DNA of 64,000 bases, from NCBI GenBank assembly GCA_046290225.1, contig JBKAGE010000035.1:96001-160000 (forward strand), read 5' to 3'. Under the pieces are notes generated by a model. That model worked only from the letters and a program-made list of their open reading frames with translations. It was not told the DNA's origin and did no database searches. The stretch comes from Bradymonadia bacterium. GTDB lineage: Bacteria > Myxococcota_A > Bradymonadia > UBA7976 > UBA1532. The position numbers and the translations under genes are program-made. How positions within the stretch are numbered: the stretch's first letter is position 1; every line of letters begins with the position of its first letter. Below, one piece after another: positions 21,490 to 31,404 of this stretch.

Positions 21490-22455
21490 TCACTTGCCAG
21501 CGCAGTGGCTGTCAGAGCACATCCAGATGCCCACGCCAGGGTTGAACGCGCAGTAGCTGCCCCAGTCGTCACCATTGACGTTGCCGCAGTCGCTGTCGTT
21601 GGTGCACTCGTCCTGGGGGGTGTGGCAGAACCAGCCCACGGTACCCGTGTAGGCACCACAGTCGCCGAAGCTCGGGGAGCAGTAGCCTTCACCATCGCTG
21701 CAGTCAGCGTCGGTCTGACAGTTGCCGTCCTGCAGGCAGATGTTGTTGTCGCTGAAGAAGCCACCGCCACACTCACAGACGTTGCCGCACTCGCTGTCGG
21801 TGAAGCACTGGTCGTAGGTGCACGTGGTGCCGAACCGGGTGAAGACGCAGCGGCCGTTCTCGCCCTCGTTGCAGTCGGCGTGGGCTTCACACTCGAGGCC
21901 CTCGCGATCATCGCCCCACCCAGAGAGGTCGATGGGGTTCTCGGGGCGTTCGTTGTCGCACTCTACAGGCTCGGGTCGATGCACCTCGGGCTCGGGCAAA
22001 CCGCCACCCCCGCCCCCACCAATGGCGCCAGAGCCGCCATCACCGCCACTCCCGCCGATGCCGCCTCCCCCGCCGATGCCGCCTCCCCCACCATCTCCAC
22101 CGCTGGCACCTGAACCTCCGTCGCCGCCACTCCCGCCGTCACCACCGCTGCCGCCAATGGCACCCGAGCCGCCATCACCGCCACTCCCGCCACTCCCGCC
22201 GATGGCACCGCTACCACCATCGCCGCCCGCACCGGCTGCGCCACCTGCACCAGCAGCGCCTCCGCCACCGGCCGCACCACCGGCACCGCCAACACCTCCG
22301 CCAGCGCCGCCACCGGCCACACCGCCAGAGCCAGCAGTTCCGCCGGCGCCTGCTTCACCGCCGGCGCCACCGGCGGCCTCGTCGTCATCGCGATCTACAC
22401 AGCCGGTGGCCAGTGCAAGCGCCAGCAGGGCAAGGGTGGTGTGTCGAAGCAGCAT
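21490..22455 (-). CDS. Lipoprotein with Gly-rich repeat linker and Cys-rich domain
   Basis: ATGC lipobox; GGDGGSG repeats; repeated C.TD.DC motifs. Confidence 0.78.
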   Translation of the reverse strand: MLLRHTTLALLALALATGCVDRDDDEAAGGAGGEAGAGGTAGSGGVAGGGAGGGVGGAGGAAGGGGAAGAGGAAGAGGDGGSGAIGGSGGSGGDGGSGAIGGSGGDGGSGGDGGSGASGGDGGGGGIGGGGGIGGSGGDGGSGAIGGGGGGGLPEPEVHRPEPVECDNERPENPIDLSGWGDDREGLECEAHADCNEGENGRCVFTRFGTTCTYDQCFTDSECGNVCECGGGFFSDNNICLQDGNCQTDADCSDGEGYCSPSFGDCGAYTGTVGWFCHTPQDECTNDSDCGNVNGDDWGSYCAFNPGVGIWMCSDSHCAGK

Positions 22456-22559
22456 GGGGTTCTCCTCTGAAAAACTGAGCCTGTTTGGGCGATTACACTC
22501 GAAAATCTGGCTCTGGCCGACACAGGCATGCGGTCAGAGCGAGCACAGGGAGAGCGTTT

Positions 22560-22576
22560 TGCAACTTCAAGGCCAG
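22560..22576 (-). promoter_or_regulatory. Candidate sigma54 promoter for the lipoprotein-cytochrome-lipoprotein operon
   Basis: Minus strand CTGGCCTTGAAGTTGCA (GG-N10-GC) about 105 nt upstream of the ATG at 22455. Confidence 0.55.
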
Positions 22577-22652
22577 CCCTTGGGAGTTTCAAAAATCAGT
22601 CTCACTCCCACAGCAAATGTCAGGTGAGTGCCAGCATCCTACATGCAAAAGT

Positions 22653-24803
22653 TCACTGCTCAATCGCTCGCAGATCCGGACGATCAGCCCCGCGAGAGAA
22701 GACAGGCGGTGTGCCGATGGGCGCGTCCACGGTGATCGTGCCGGGGCCGGTGTGCATCTCTCCGGTGAACACGTGGAACCAGATCTCCTCGGGCAGGTAG
22801 AGCGTGCGCGTCGTGTCGCCTTCGGTGATCACAGGGGCCACAAGCATGTCAGAGCCCAGCAAATACTGATCGCTGATCACCCGCGCGGTGGTGTCGTCGG
22901 GGTAATGCAGAGCCAGGGCGCGTACCATGGGGGTCGAGCGGGCCTCGGCTTCGTCGGAGAGCTGTTGCCACAGCGGCTGCAGGGCTTCGTGAATCCGGGC
23001 AAACCGCCGGAAGTGGGCGATGGTCTCGGCGTCACGGTTCCAGTTCCAGTTCTCCTGACGGCGGTTCCCCTCGTGGGTGCGCATGATCGGAGTGAAGGCC
23101 CCGAGTTCGGTCCAACGCAGAAACAACTCTTTGGTGCTCGGGCCCCCGCTGAAGCCACCGATGTCGTGGGTCACATAGGGCACCCCAGCGAGGCCGAGGT
23201 TGAGCATGGCGGGCACCACGGTGGGCAGACCGTCGTGCACCGACCAGTCCGCCTCTTGATCGCCTATCCAGTGGATCATCGAGTTGCGCTGAGTGCCCGT
23301 CCAACCCGAGCGGGCGAAGGTCACCCAATCGCCGTCGGGCCGCTCCGCGTCGAAGGCCTCGCGGTTCACCTTGGTCCAGAGCTCCGGGAACCGGTTGTGG
23401 AATCCAAGGGGGTCGACCCCATCTGCGGGTACAGCGTCGAGGGGCGTCCACTCGGCGAAGTCCACCATCCAGCCGTCGAAGCCGTGCTCGCTGATCATGC
23501 GGCGCAGGGCCTGGCGCACGTAATTTTGGCTGGCTTCGAGGGTGAGATCTGGATGACTCGATTGCCCGTTGGGCGCCGAGAAGACGTACGGATCGCCCTC
23601 AGGGGTGGTGATGAGCAGCCCCTCGTCGCGCATCAGGGGGAAATGATCGTCGAGGTTGGCATCGACGAAGGGGTTGGCATATGCCAGGAACTTCTTCCCA
23701 GCGCCGTGCAGGTCATCAACGAGGGCCTGTAGATCCGGGTAGTGCTCGGCGTCGAGGGTCCAGCGGTATTGCACCCCGAGGCCGCCGTCGAAGTTCATGC
23801 GGACCCCGGTCCAGTCCTGAGACCAGATGGCAGAGTAGGGCACGGACTCCGCTGCGAGCTGATCCACGACGGCCCTCACCGCCGCCGTGCCCCCCTGAGC
23901 GCTGATCCAGGGGCCCTCGAAGGCCCAGCTCGGAGGCCGCTTGGGGCGACCGATGAGATCACCGAGCTGATCGATGACGTCGAGCATGGTGGGCCCATGG
24001 AAGATCAACGCGCTGATGGCTGGCTCTTCGGTGATCTCGATGCGCGCCATCTCGGCGTCCGTGGCGCATACGTCGACGAGGGTGCGGTGATACGTGAAGA
24101 AGAGCACCCCGTGGCCTCGAGGATCGATCCACCACGGCATGGGGAAGTAGGTGGTGTGATCGTCACCCCTGATGTTGCGGGGCGGGCCCTCTCTGCCGAT
24201 GCCCTGCTCACTCACGAAGAGCTCGAAGGCCTCTCCGCGCTGATCGACGGCGTTGTATTGCTCGCCGAAGCCCATGAAGCCCCCCTCGGCGTCGCAGCCC
24301 ACCTTCAAAGACAAGCTGTTGTGCTCGAGGCCTTCTACGTCGACGCGTATCTGGGTGGCGTGATCCGCGTGCCCACGCCGGATGCTCAGAGTCGCCATGC
24401 CTCCACCTTCGGCGGCATAGGGCATCACCACCGCGTCTTCTTCAAGGGTGGCGGGACCACTGCGCTCGAAGGAGACGACCTGCTCGTCACGACGCTCGAA
24501 GGACCAGATGGCCAGGGGGCCAATGGCGGTCTCTGTGTACGTTCGAGCCTCGATGGGCGAGGTGGGCAAGCGCATGAGCGTGCGATCACCAGACATGATG
24601 CGCACGCCCTGCTCATCGTCGAGCACGTACACACCATGCGACAGATCGAGGCGGCTGCCCTCGACAGCGGCGTCGACCTCAGGGGCCGCATCACTCGACA
24701 TGGCGTCAGCGCCGAGATCAGTGCCAGATGTATCACCGACACTTGCGCCATCGTCACAGGCCCAGAGGCCACACACCCACAACACAGACCAGAGTTTCTT
24801 CAC
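22653..24803 (-). CDS. GH31 glycoside hydrolase lipoprotein (YihQ/sulfoquinovosidase-like clade)
   Basis: GFGEQY, VSEQGIGR, WSQDW, nucleophile WMVDFAE, acid/base WIGDQ, DIGG, MRTHEGN. Confidence 0.87.
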   Translation of the reverse strand: MKKLWSVLWVCGLWACDDGASVGDTSGTDLGADAMSSDAAPEVDAAVEGSRLDLSHGVYVLDDEQGVRIMSGDRTLMRLPTSPIEARTYTETAIGPLAIWSFERRDEQVVSFERSGPATLEEDAVVMPYAAEGGGMATLSIRRGHADHATQIRVDVEGLEHNSLSLKVGCDAEGGFMGFGEQYNAVDQRGEAFELFVSEQGIGREGPPRNIRGDDHTTYFPMPWWIDPRGHGVLFFTYHRTLVDVCATDAEMARIEITEEPAISALIFHGPTMLDVIDQLGDLIGRPKRPPSWAFEGPWISAQGGTAAVRAVVDQLAAESVPYSAIWSQDWTGVRMNFDGGLGVQYRWTLDAEHYPDLQALVDDLHGAGKKFLAYANPFVDANLDDHFPLMRDEGLLITTPEGDPYVFSAPNGQSSHPDLTLEASQNYVRQALRRMISEHGFDGWMVDFAEWTPLDAVPADGVDPLGFHNRFPELWTKVNREAFDAERPDGDWVTFARSGWTGTQRNSMIHWIGDQEADWSVHDGLPTVVPAMLNLGLAGVPYVTHDIGGFSGGPSTKELFLRWTELGAFTPIMRTHEGNRRQENWNWNRDAETIAHFRRFARIHEALQPLWQQLSDEAEARSTPMVRALALHYPDDTTARVISDQYLLGSDMLVAPVITEGDTTRTLYLPEEIWFHVFTGEMHTGPGTITVDAPIGTPPVFSRGADRPDLRAIEQ

Positions 24804-24901
24804 AGCTCACCTCACGTGCGACGCGGTGATCACGAAACACGGAACCGAGTGTGTGATCAATCGTCGAGACATCGATCGTCATCGGCCGCTATCCTGCGGC
24901 C

Positions 24902-26431
24902 ATGCACGCACTTCGCACATGGCTCGGCGGCGTGATCGCCCTCACCTTCACCGGCTGCCTCGAGCCCGCGACACCTCGATTTTTCGACTCTGGTGTCGTC
25001 TCTGCTGACAGAGGTCTCCCCTCTGGGGCGATGGATGCTTCGATGGCCCGGGACGCCTCTGTGGTGATGGATGCAGCCACGGACTCTGATGGTCAGCCAC
25101 CTGAGCGCGACATGTCACCTGAGGCGGACGCTGACGGTCCGGACCTCGATGATGCCCGAGTCGATGCACCTGACGCAGATGATCCAGGCTTCGAGGATGC
25201 CCGAGTCGATGATCCCGAAGACGCATTCCGGCCTGATGCGTCGCCTCCAGGCGAGCTGTTCGGCGGGGGCAGTGGCAGCCCCGACGATCCGTACATCGTG
25301 TCCAACCGCAACCACCTGCACAATGTGCGCTGTCGCCCTGATGCCCACTTCCTCATGAGCCGGAGCATCATACTCCGTGAAGGCGAGCGCAGGTTCCTCC
25401 CCATCGGAGGTGGCCTGGCACCCTCTGAGGGCTGCCCCGATGATCAGCCCTTCACCGGCAGCTTCAATGGCGGCGGTCATGTGATCTGCAACCTCGACAT
25501 CGAGGTGGCCGAGCGCAATGTGCCAGCGGGCTTGTTCAGCACCATCAGCTCAGGCTCGGTGTCGAACCTGAAGTTGCTCGTCACGTGGGTCAACGCCGGC
25601 CTCGAGCCTGCGGGCATGGTGGCAGGACGCATCCTCAACGCCGGTCGAAGCCCCACCCTGCACAATGTCAGCGTGTCGGGCACCATCACCGGCGGCGGCA
25701 CCACCGGCGGCGTTGCCGGGTACATCGAAGGCGCTACGGCAAATCGACTCGGGGCCAGAGTGGCGGTGGAAGGTCACGGCCCTACCGGTGCCATCTTCGG
25801 CCACCAGCTCAACACCCTGACCGACGAGGTGCTGGTCACACAGTCCGACGCGCAGATCGGCGGTCAGCGACAGAACCATCCTGTGGGTGGCGTCGCGGGG
25901 TTGTTCGAGGGTGAGGGGCGCATCAACAACTTCCAGGTCGACTTGAACATCCTCAACAACAACGCTTTCGGCGGGGTGGCAGGCAGGGCCGACACCACAG
26001 GCACCATCGGCTATGGCTACACCCGGGGCGCTCTTCAGGGCGAGGCCATCGGTGGCGGGCTCGTGGGTCACGTGGTCAACCTGACCAACCTCTCATGGAG
26101 CTTCACGCAAGCGAGCGTCTTCGGCGACGAGCTGGATGTGGGAGCAGCCCTCGGCCGCATCGAAGAGCTCGGCCGAGTCTCGGCGGTGTTCTTCGACCCG
26201 CTGGAGGGCGAGCCTCCACGCTGTGCCGGCTTGGACTCCGCGTCTCCAGAGCTGTGCAGAGCTGCGCCCACCGTCGACAACCCCAGCTACTTCTACCACA
26301 GCGAAAACTCACCCATGGCGGGCTGGAACGGCGCCATCGACGGACCGACCTGGGCATTTCCCGAAGACGATCTGCCAGAGCTGATACACGTCAGCACTCC
26401 GCCCATCATCTGCCTTGGGGCTCCGGATTGA
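24902..26431 (+). CDS. GLUG-repeat-like beta-helical lipoprotein, paralogue 1
   Basis: FTGC lipobox, acidic linker, GGSGSPDDPYIV, FNGGGHVI, GGVAG/GGLVG repeats. Confidence 0.75.
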   Translation: MHALRTWLGGVIALTFTGCLEPATPRFFDSGVVSADRGLPSGAMDASMARDASVVMDAATDSDGQPPERDMSPEADADGPDLDDARVDAPDADDPGFEDARVDDPEDAFRPDASPPGELFGGGSGSPDDPYIVSNRNHLHNVRCRPDAHFLMSRSIILREGERRFLPIGGGLAPSEGCPDDQPFTGSFNGGGHVICNLDIEVAERNVPAGLFSTISSGSVSNLKLLVTWVNAGLEPAGMVAGRILNAGRSPTLHNVSVSGTITGGGTTGGVAGYIEGATANRLGARVAVEGHGPTGAIFGHQLNTLTDEVLVTQSDAQIGGQRQNHPVGGVAGLFEGEGRINNFQVDLNILNNNAFGGVAGRADTTGTIGYGYTRGALQGEAIGGGLVGHVVNLTNLSWSFTQASVFGDELDVGAALGRIEELGRVSAVFFDPLEGEPPRCAGLDSASPELCRAAPTVDNPSYFYHSENSPMAGWNGAIDGPTWAFPEDDLPELIHVSTPPIICLGAPD

Positions 26432-26439
26432 TCTCTCAC

Positions 26440-28011
26440 ATGTACATCCGACACATCCTCTGTGGCGTCATGATCGCGCTGACATGCGCTGCCTGTATCG
26501 ATCCTCAGGCCCCACGTTTTCCCGATGCGCTGACCAACCAGAACGATCTGGACGCAGCCACGAGGGCCGATGTCGACGTACGTGTGGATGCAGCGCTCTC
26601 ACCTGACGCCGACCGCACCACCGACGCAGACATCGTCTCTGAAGATGCATCACCTTCAGTCGACGCAGCGGACGAAGTCGCCGACACAGCCATTGAGGAC
26701 GCTGCCATTGAGGACGCTGCCATTGAGGACGCTGCCATTGAGGACGCTGCCATTGAGGACGCTGCCATTGCGGACGCAGCTCTCGAAGATGCCACCATCG
26801 AAGACGCTGCCTTCGAAGAGGACGCCGAGGCCCCCGACTCGCTCTATGCCGGCGGCCAAGGCACCCCCGAAGACCCCTACCTGATCTCCACCTTCGAACA
26901 TCTGCACAACATCCGCTGCCACCCCAACGCCAGTTTTACGCTGCTCAACGACATCACGATCCCGGACGGCCAGCCCTTCGTGCCCATCGGCGCCGAGCTC
27001 GCGGTCACAGAGGACTGCCGCGATACACCATTTCAAGGCACCATCAACGGCGAAAACTTCGTCATCTGTGGTCTGGTCATCGACGGCCGCCAGAGCGAAG
27101 TCCCCGTGGGGCTGTTCAGCCGCGTCAACGCAGGCATCATCCGCAATCTGTCCCTGTCCTCGGTGAACGTGGTGGCGGGCGCTCAACCCGCAGGGGCCCT
27201 GATCGGCGAGGTCATCTCCCCCAATCAGCTCGAGACCATCCTGCAGTCCATCTCGGTGAGCGGCGCGGTCAGGAGCGACGACAGCGCTGGGGGCCTCGTA
27301 GGTCGTGGGTCGGACGTCAGCATCGAGGGCGCAACCTTCACAGGCACCGTCGATGGCCGCGGACCTGTCGGTGGCATCGCAGGGCGGCTCAGCAACGCTC
27401 ACCTCACCGAGGTGCAGGTGATCAGCGAGCGCATCCAAATCACCGAGTTGGGTGATCCCAGTGGGCGACCTGCAGGGGGCATCGTCGGCGAGCTCCGAGG
27501 CAGCGGCGGGCTCCGCATCTTCGCCGTGCAGGTCGACCTGCTCAGAGGGCAGCGCTTCGTCGGTGGCGCAGTGGGCCGGTGGTCGAGCGCTGATCCGATG
27601 ACTGACGGCTATGCGGCGGGCACGTTGCAGACCGGTGGCGCCACCCCAGAGGCCGCAGGGGGTCTCGTCGGCCACCACCTGAGCCCGTCAGGGCTGAGCC
27701 GCGTGTTCAGCGCCATGGACATGACAAACGCTGGCCCGAGGTCCTCTACTGGTCGAATTATTGGCCGCTATGATGGCGACCTGGCCCTGGACAATGTCTA
27801 TTACCAAGAAGACATCTTGGGCGCGGCCTGTGTCGGCGCCAACTACATCATGCCCGAGAACTGTACCGCCATCTCCAACATGGGCGGCTACTTCAACGTC
27901 CCGGGCAACCCCCCAATGTCACTCTGGGAGCATATTCGATGGGGCTTTGAGTTTGATATGTTGCCCACGTTGACCAACACACGCCCGGCGCCGGATCAGA
28001 GATGCCCCTGA
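26440..28011 (+). CDS. GLUG-repeat-like lipoprotein, paralogue 2
   Basis: Start MYIRHILC...CAAC; GGQGTPEDPYLI; GGLVG repeats. Confidence 0.75.
   Translation: MYIRHILCGVMIALTCAACIDPQAPRFPDALTNQNDLDAATRADVDVRVDAALSPDADRTTDADIVSEDASPSVDAADEVADTAIEDAAIEDAAIEDAAIEDAAIEDAAIADAALEDATIEDAAFEEDAEAPDSLYAGGQGTPEDPYLISTFEHLHNIRCHPNASFTLLNDITIPDGQPFVPIGAELAVTEDCRDTPFQGTINGENFVICGLVIDGRQSEVPVGLFSRVNAGIIRNLSLSSVNVVAGAQPAGALIGEVISPNQLETILQSISVSGAVRSDDSAGGLVGRGSDVSIEGATFTGTVDGRGPVGGIAGRLSNAHLTEVQVISERIQITELGDPSGRPAGGIVGELRGSGGLRIFAVQVDLLRGQRFVGGAVGRWSSADPMTDGYAAGTLQTGGATPEAAGGLVGHHLSPSGLSRVFSAMDMTNAGPRSSTGRIIGRYDGDLALDNVYYQEDILGAACVGANYIMPENCTAISNMGGYFNVPGNPPMSLWEHIRWGFEFDMLPTLTNTRPAPDQRCP
26689..26778 (+). 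repeat. In-frame 15-bp tandem repeat gccattgaggacgct (AIEDA), 5 perfect copies plus 1 imperfect
   Basis: Read directly from the sequence; degenerate copies follow. Confidence 0.95.
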
Positions 28012-29495
28012 GCGTGTACTCATATGCCCACTCCGTGCTGCTCTCGAGCCTTGCTGCGATGATCTGTGTGGGCTGTATCGATCCAGAGTCCCCCCAATTT
28101 TTAGACGGCGCGACGCCCACGCCTGATCTCGGCGCCATCGATGGCGGGCCTTTGACAGCCGACGTCCAGGTCATCGATGCAGGCACACCAGACGCTGTCG
28201 TTCGCTCCGATGGCAGCCTGGTGGGCGAAGACGACGCCTTCGAACTCCCCGAGGCAGACGCAGGGCTTGATGCAGAGGTGGCTGACGCCTTCTCGCTGCC
28301 AGATGCGTCGCCGCCGGGATCACTCTTCGCGGGTGGTGAGGGCACCCTGGAGAGCCCATATCTGATCACCACCACCGAGCACTTGCACAATGTGCGGTGC
28401 CGGCCTGCGGCGCACTTCATCCTCGGCGCAGATCTCACCTTTGCAGAGGGTGAGCGTTTCGTGCCCATCGGCGGCGAGCTCGCCGCCGGCCCAGACTGCT
28501 CGGATACCATCTTTCGCGGCCAGCTCTCGGGGGCAGGGCACATCATCTGCGGCCTCGATCTCACCTGGCCCGATGCCGAAGTACCCGTGGGGCTGTTCAG
28601 CAGGGTGGACGGGGCGGACATCTCCCAGCTCTCACTGGTCGGTGTGACAGTGCGCGCCGGCGACACCCCTGCCGGCACGCTCATTGGCGAGTCGGCGTCG
28701 TTCCCCCAGCGAGAAGCCTTCCTCGCCGACGTGTCTGTCTCAGGCACGGTGATCACCAATGGGCCCGCCGGAGGGCTCGTAGGCGCCGGCGAGTACATCA
28801 CCTTCTCTCAAACAAGCTTCAGCGGGCGTATCTCTGCCCGTGGGCCTCTGGGAGGCATCGCAGGGCGGCTGGAGAATGCCTTCTTGACCGATGTGCAGGT
28901 GCTCGGCGAGCGGATCAACGCCGCCATTGTCGAAGGCGCCGTCGCGCAACCTGTCGGCGGCCTCGTGGGAGAGCTGAGAGGCACCTCGGCGATCAGCCGG
29001 TTCACCGTGTACGTCGAGCAGCTGCGCGGAGAGCAGTATGTCGGTGGCGCAGTGGGGCGGGTGTCGACAGATCTCACCCTCTCAGAGGGCTACACCAGCG
29101 GCGTGCTGGAGGCCGCTGGCCTCGAGACCGGCTTCCTCGGCGGCCTCGTGGGACATCACCAGATGAGCCAGGGGCTCGTAGATGTCTTCTCTACGATGGA
29201 CATCAGCGCCGCGACGCCTCGGGCCTCTGTGGGCAAGATCGTCGGTGGTCACGACGGCGAGCTCACGCTCACCCGGGCCTACTTCGAGGTCAACGACCCA
29301 AACGATCTCTGCGTCGGCCCTGGCTACGAGGTGCCGGCCTCGTGTGTGGCGATCGACGGCGACGCTCAGTATTTCAAGAGCGTCGGCAACCCACCCATGT
29401 CGTTCTGGGCGCGCAACTTCTGGACCTTCTTCCTCGAGCAACTGCCTGCTCTCAACTCAACAGGGCCGCCCCCGACCGGTGCTTGCGATCGGTGA
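28002..29495 (+). CDS. GLUG-repeat-like lipoprotein, paralogue 3
   Basis: CVGC lipobox; GGEGTLESPYLI; collinear similarity with paralogues 1 and 2. Confidence 0.75.
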   Translation: MPLSVYSYAHSVLLSSLAAMICVGCIDPESPQFLDGATPTPDLGAIDGGPLTADVQVIDAGTPDAVVRSDGSLVGEDDAFELPEADAGLDAEVADAFSLPDASPPGSLFAGGEGTLESPYLITTTEHLHNVRCRPAAHFILGADLTFAEGERFVPIGGELAAGPDCSDTIFRGQLSGAGHIICGLDLTWPDAEVPVGLFSRVDGADISQLSLVGVTVRAGDTPAGTLIGESASFPQREAFLADVSVSGTVITNGPAGGLVGAGEYITFSQTSFSGRISARGPLGGIAGRLENAFLTDVQVLGERINAAIVEGAVAQPVGGLVGELRGTSAISRFTVYVEQLRGEQYVGGAVGRVSTDLTLSEGYTSGVLEAAGLETGFLGGLVGHHQMSQGLVDVFSTMDISAATPRASVGKIVGGHDGELTLTRAYFEVNDPNDLCVGPGYEVPASCVAIDGDAQYFKSVGNPPMSFWARNFWTFFLEQLPALNSTGPPPTGACDR

Positions 29496-29626
29496 AAATT
29501 CGAGGATCGAACGTTCGAATTTCCATCCATGGGGCACTCAAACAACCGCCGTTGCACCAACTCAGATCGTGCTCTGTCCTCAACCTTTCGCCCTTCCGAC
29601 CCAATCCAAACGCAGAACACGATGAC

Positions 29627-29643
29627 ATGGCACGACATCTGCT
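29627..29643 (+). promoter_or_regulatory. sigma54 promoter of the DUF2330 gene
   Basis: ATGGCACGACATCTGCT (TGGCACG-N4-CTGC); perfect palindrome tcgaacgttcga at 29507-29518 is a candidate enhancer site. Confidence 0.65.
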
Positions 29644-29706
29644 ATGACATTCGCCGCCATCTTCAGAGGCCCCGAACACAACCCACATCTCGCTGAGGGG
29701 GAATCA

Positions 29707-31335
29707 GTGAAGCCCAGCCGCGTACTCAAGGCCGCCCCGGCCCTCTTCGCCCTGCTCGCCCCGAGCGCCGCCCTCGCCTGTGGCGGTCTCTTCTGCAACA
29801 CCAGCCAGCCGGTGAACCAGTCCGCAGAGCGCATCCTGTTCGCCCGCGACGCCCAGGATCCTGCGGTGATGCACATGCACGTGCAGATTCAGTATCAGGG
29901 TCCGCCCACTGACTTCGGCTGGTTGCTGCCGGTGCCCCCCGACGTGCAGACCGATGTGGGCAGCGAGCAGCTGTTCACCCAGATGGACGCGCTCTACGGG
30001 CCCCAGTTCCAGCTGCAGACCGAGTTTGTCGGTGATTGCGATCTCGCCCTCGCCGGTGGTGCACCCAGCGCCGAGGCCGACGATGGCGGCGGTGGCCGAA
30101 ATGGCGGGGTGCAGGTCCTGAGCCGAGAGGCCGTGGGGCCCTACGATCAAGCCATCCTCGATGCCGAGACTGTGGAAGATCTGCGCCGCTGGCTCGACGA
30201 GAACGAGTTCCAGATCCCCGAGAGCACCGACGAGCGATTGCAGGTCTACATCGACCAGGGCTCGGTCTTCGTGGCCCTCAAGATGCTGCCCGGCGCCGAT
30301 GAGGGCGACGTGGCCCCGCTGCACCTGACCTTCACCAGCCCGGTGCCCGGGGTGCCGATCCAGCCCACCGCGGTGGCTGCTGATCCCGATATGGGCATCC
30401 TGGTACATGTGCTCGGCGAGACCCGGGCGATCCCTCTCAACTACCGCCACGTCGAGATCAACGACGCGCTGATCAACTGGGTGGGCGGCGGTCAGAACTA
30501 CCCCGACGTGGTGAGCCACGCCGTGGACGAGGTCGACGGCGGCCACGCCTTCGTCACCGATTACGCGGGCTCTTCCGAGATGCTCGCCAACAGCCTGCAG
30601 CCCATCTCTGCCGAGCTGATCGACCGCATCGAAGGTGCGGAGACCTTCGGTGAGCTCGTGAACATGTTCGGGGGCACCGCCGACGCTGATCTGGCACGGG
30701 TTTTCGGTCTGCCCGAGGGCTTCGATGCCGAGGGTGTCGACGCAGGTGCCTTCTGGCAGTGCCCCTTCTGCTGGAACTTCGACGAGAACGCCCCCATCGA
30801 CGGGATGGCCATGGCCGCGCAGCTGCGCGAAGAGGTGAACCCTGCCCGAGAGCACCTCGTGGAGCTGGCACAACACCACCCCTACCTGACTCGTCTCTAC
30901 ACCACGCTGAGCCCCGAGGAGATGAACCGGGATCCGCTCTTCGCCTTCAACAGCGATCTGCCCGCGGTGCCCAACATCCGCACCGCCACCCAGGTGATCG
31001 ACTGCCGGGACGACAACTTCCAGGCCCAGAGCATCACCACCCCGAGCGGCTATGTGATCGCCCTCGAGGATGGCGCTCAGCCCGAAACGGTGGTCCGCCA
31101 GGACGGTGAGACGATCCGCGGCGCCGACAGCACGGGTGCCGCGGTGGTGAGCAGCTTCTTCGAGAGCGGCCCCCCCATGATCATCACCGACAACCGCGAA
31201 GAGATCTCCCAGGACTACTCCGGCGGTGCCGGTGAGGACGGCGGCTGTGACTGCAACGCCACCAGCAACAACGCCACCGCCCCCTGGCTGCTGGGCCTGG
31301 TCGGCCTCCTGGGCCTGCGACGCCGCCGCCGCTGA
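29707..31335 (+). CDS. DUF2330 domain protein with MYXO-CTERM-type sorting signal
   Basis: ACGGLFC...VNQSAERILF, FGWLLPVP, YLTRLYTTLSPEEM; C-terminus GCDC...LLGLVGLLGLRRRRR. Confidence 0.87.
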   Translation: MKPSRVLKAAPALFALLAPSAALACGGLFCNTSQPVNQSAERILFARDAQDPAVMHMHVQIQYQGPPTDFGWLLPVPPDVQTDVGSEQLFTQMDALYGPQFQLQTEFVGDCDLALAGGAPSAEADDGGGGRNGGVQVLSREAVGPYDQAILDAETVEDLRRWLDENEFQIPESTDERLQVYIDQGSVFVALKMLPGADEGDVAPLHLTFTSPVPGVPIQPTAVAADPDMGILVHVLGETRAIPLNYRHVEINDALINWVGGGQNYPDVVSHAVDEVDGGHAFVTDYAGSSEMLANSLQPISAELIDRIEGAETFGELVNMFGGTADADLARVFGLPEGFDAEGVDAGAFWQCPFCWNFDENAPIDGMAMAAQLREEVNPAREHLVELAQHHPYLTRLYTTLSPEEMNRDPLFAFNSDLPAVPNIRTATQVIDCRDDNFQAQSITTPSGYVIALEDGAQPETVVRQDGETIRGADSTGAAVVSSFFESGPPMIITDNREEISQDYSGGAGEDGGCDCNATSNNATAPWLLGLVGLLGLRRRRR

Positions 31336-31404
31336 TCTCGTTTACATGGTGGTGCCCTCGTAGGTACCGTGCCCGCCAGATGAACATCATCAGGCGAGCC
31401 CCCC

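Noticed and set aside
19850..22380. Pro-rich ORFs (19849-20205, 21818-22627; also 54933-55451)
   Set aside because: Reverse-complement readings of Gly-rich linkers in the lipoprotein genes
26095..26439. Extended N-terminus of the 638-aa ORF
   Set aside because: It overlaps paralogue 1; the signal peptide and paralogue alignment start at 26440
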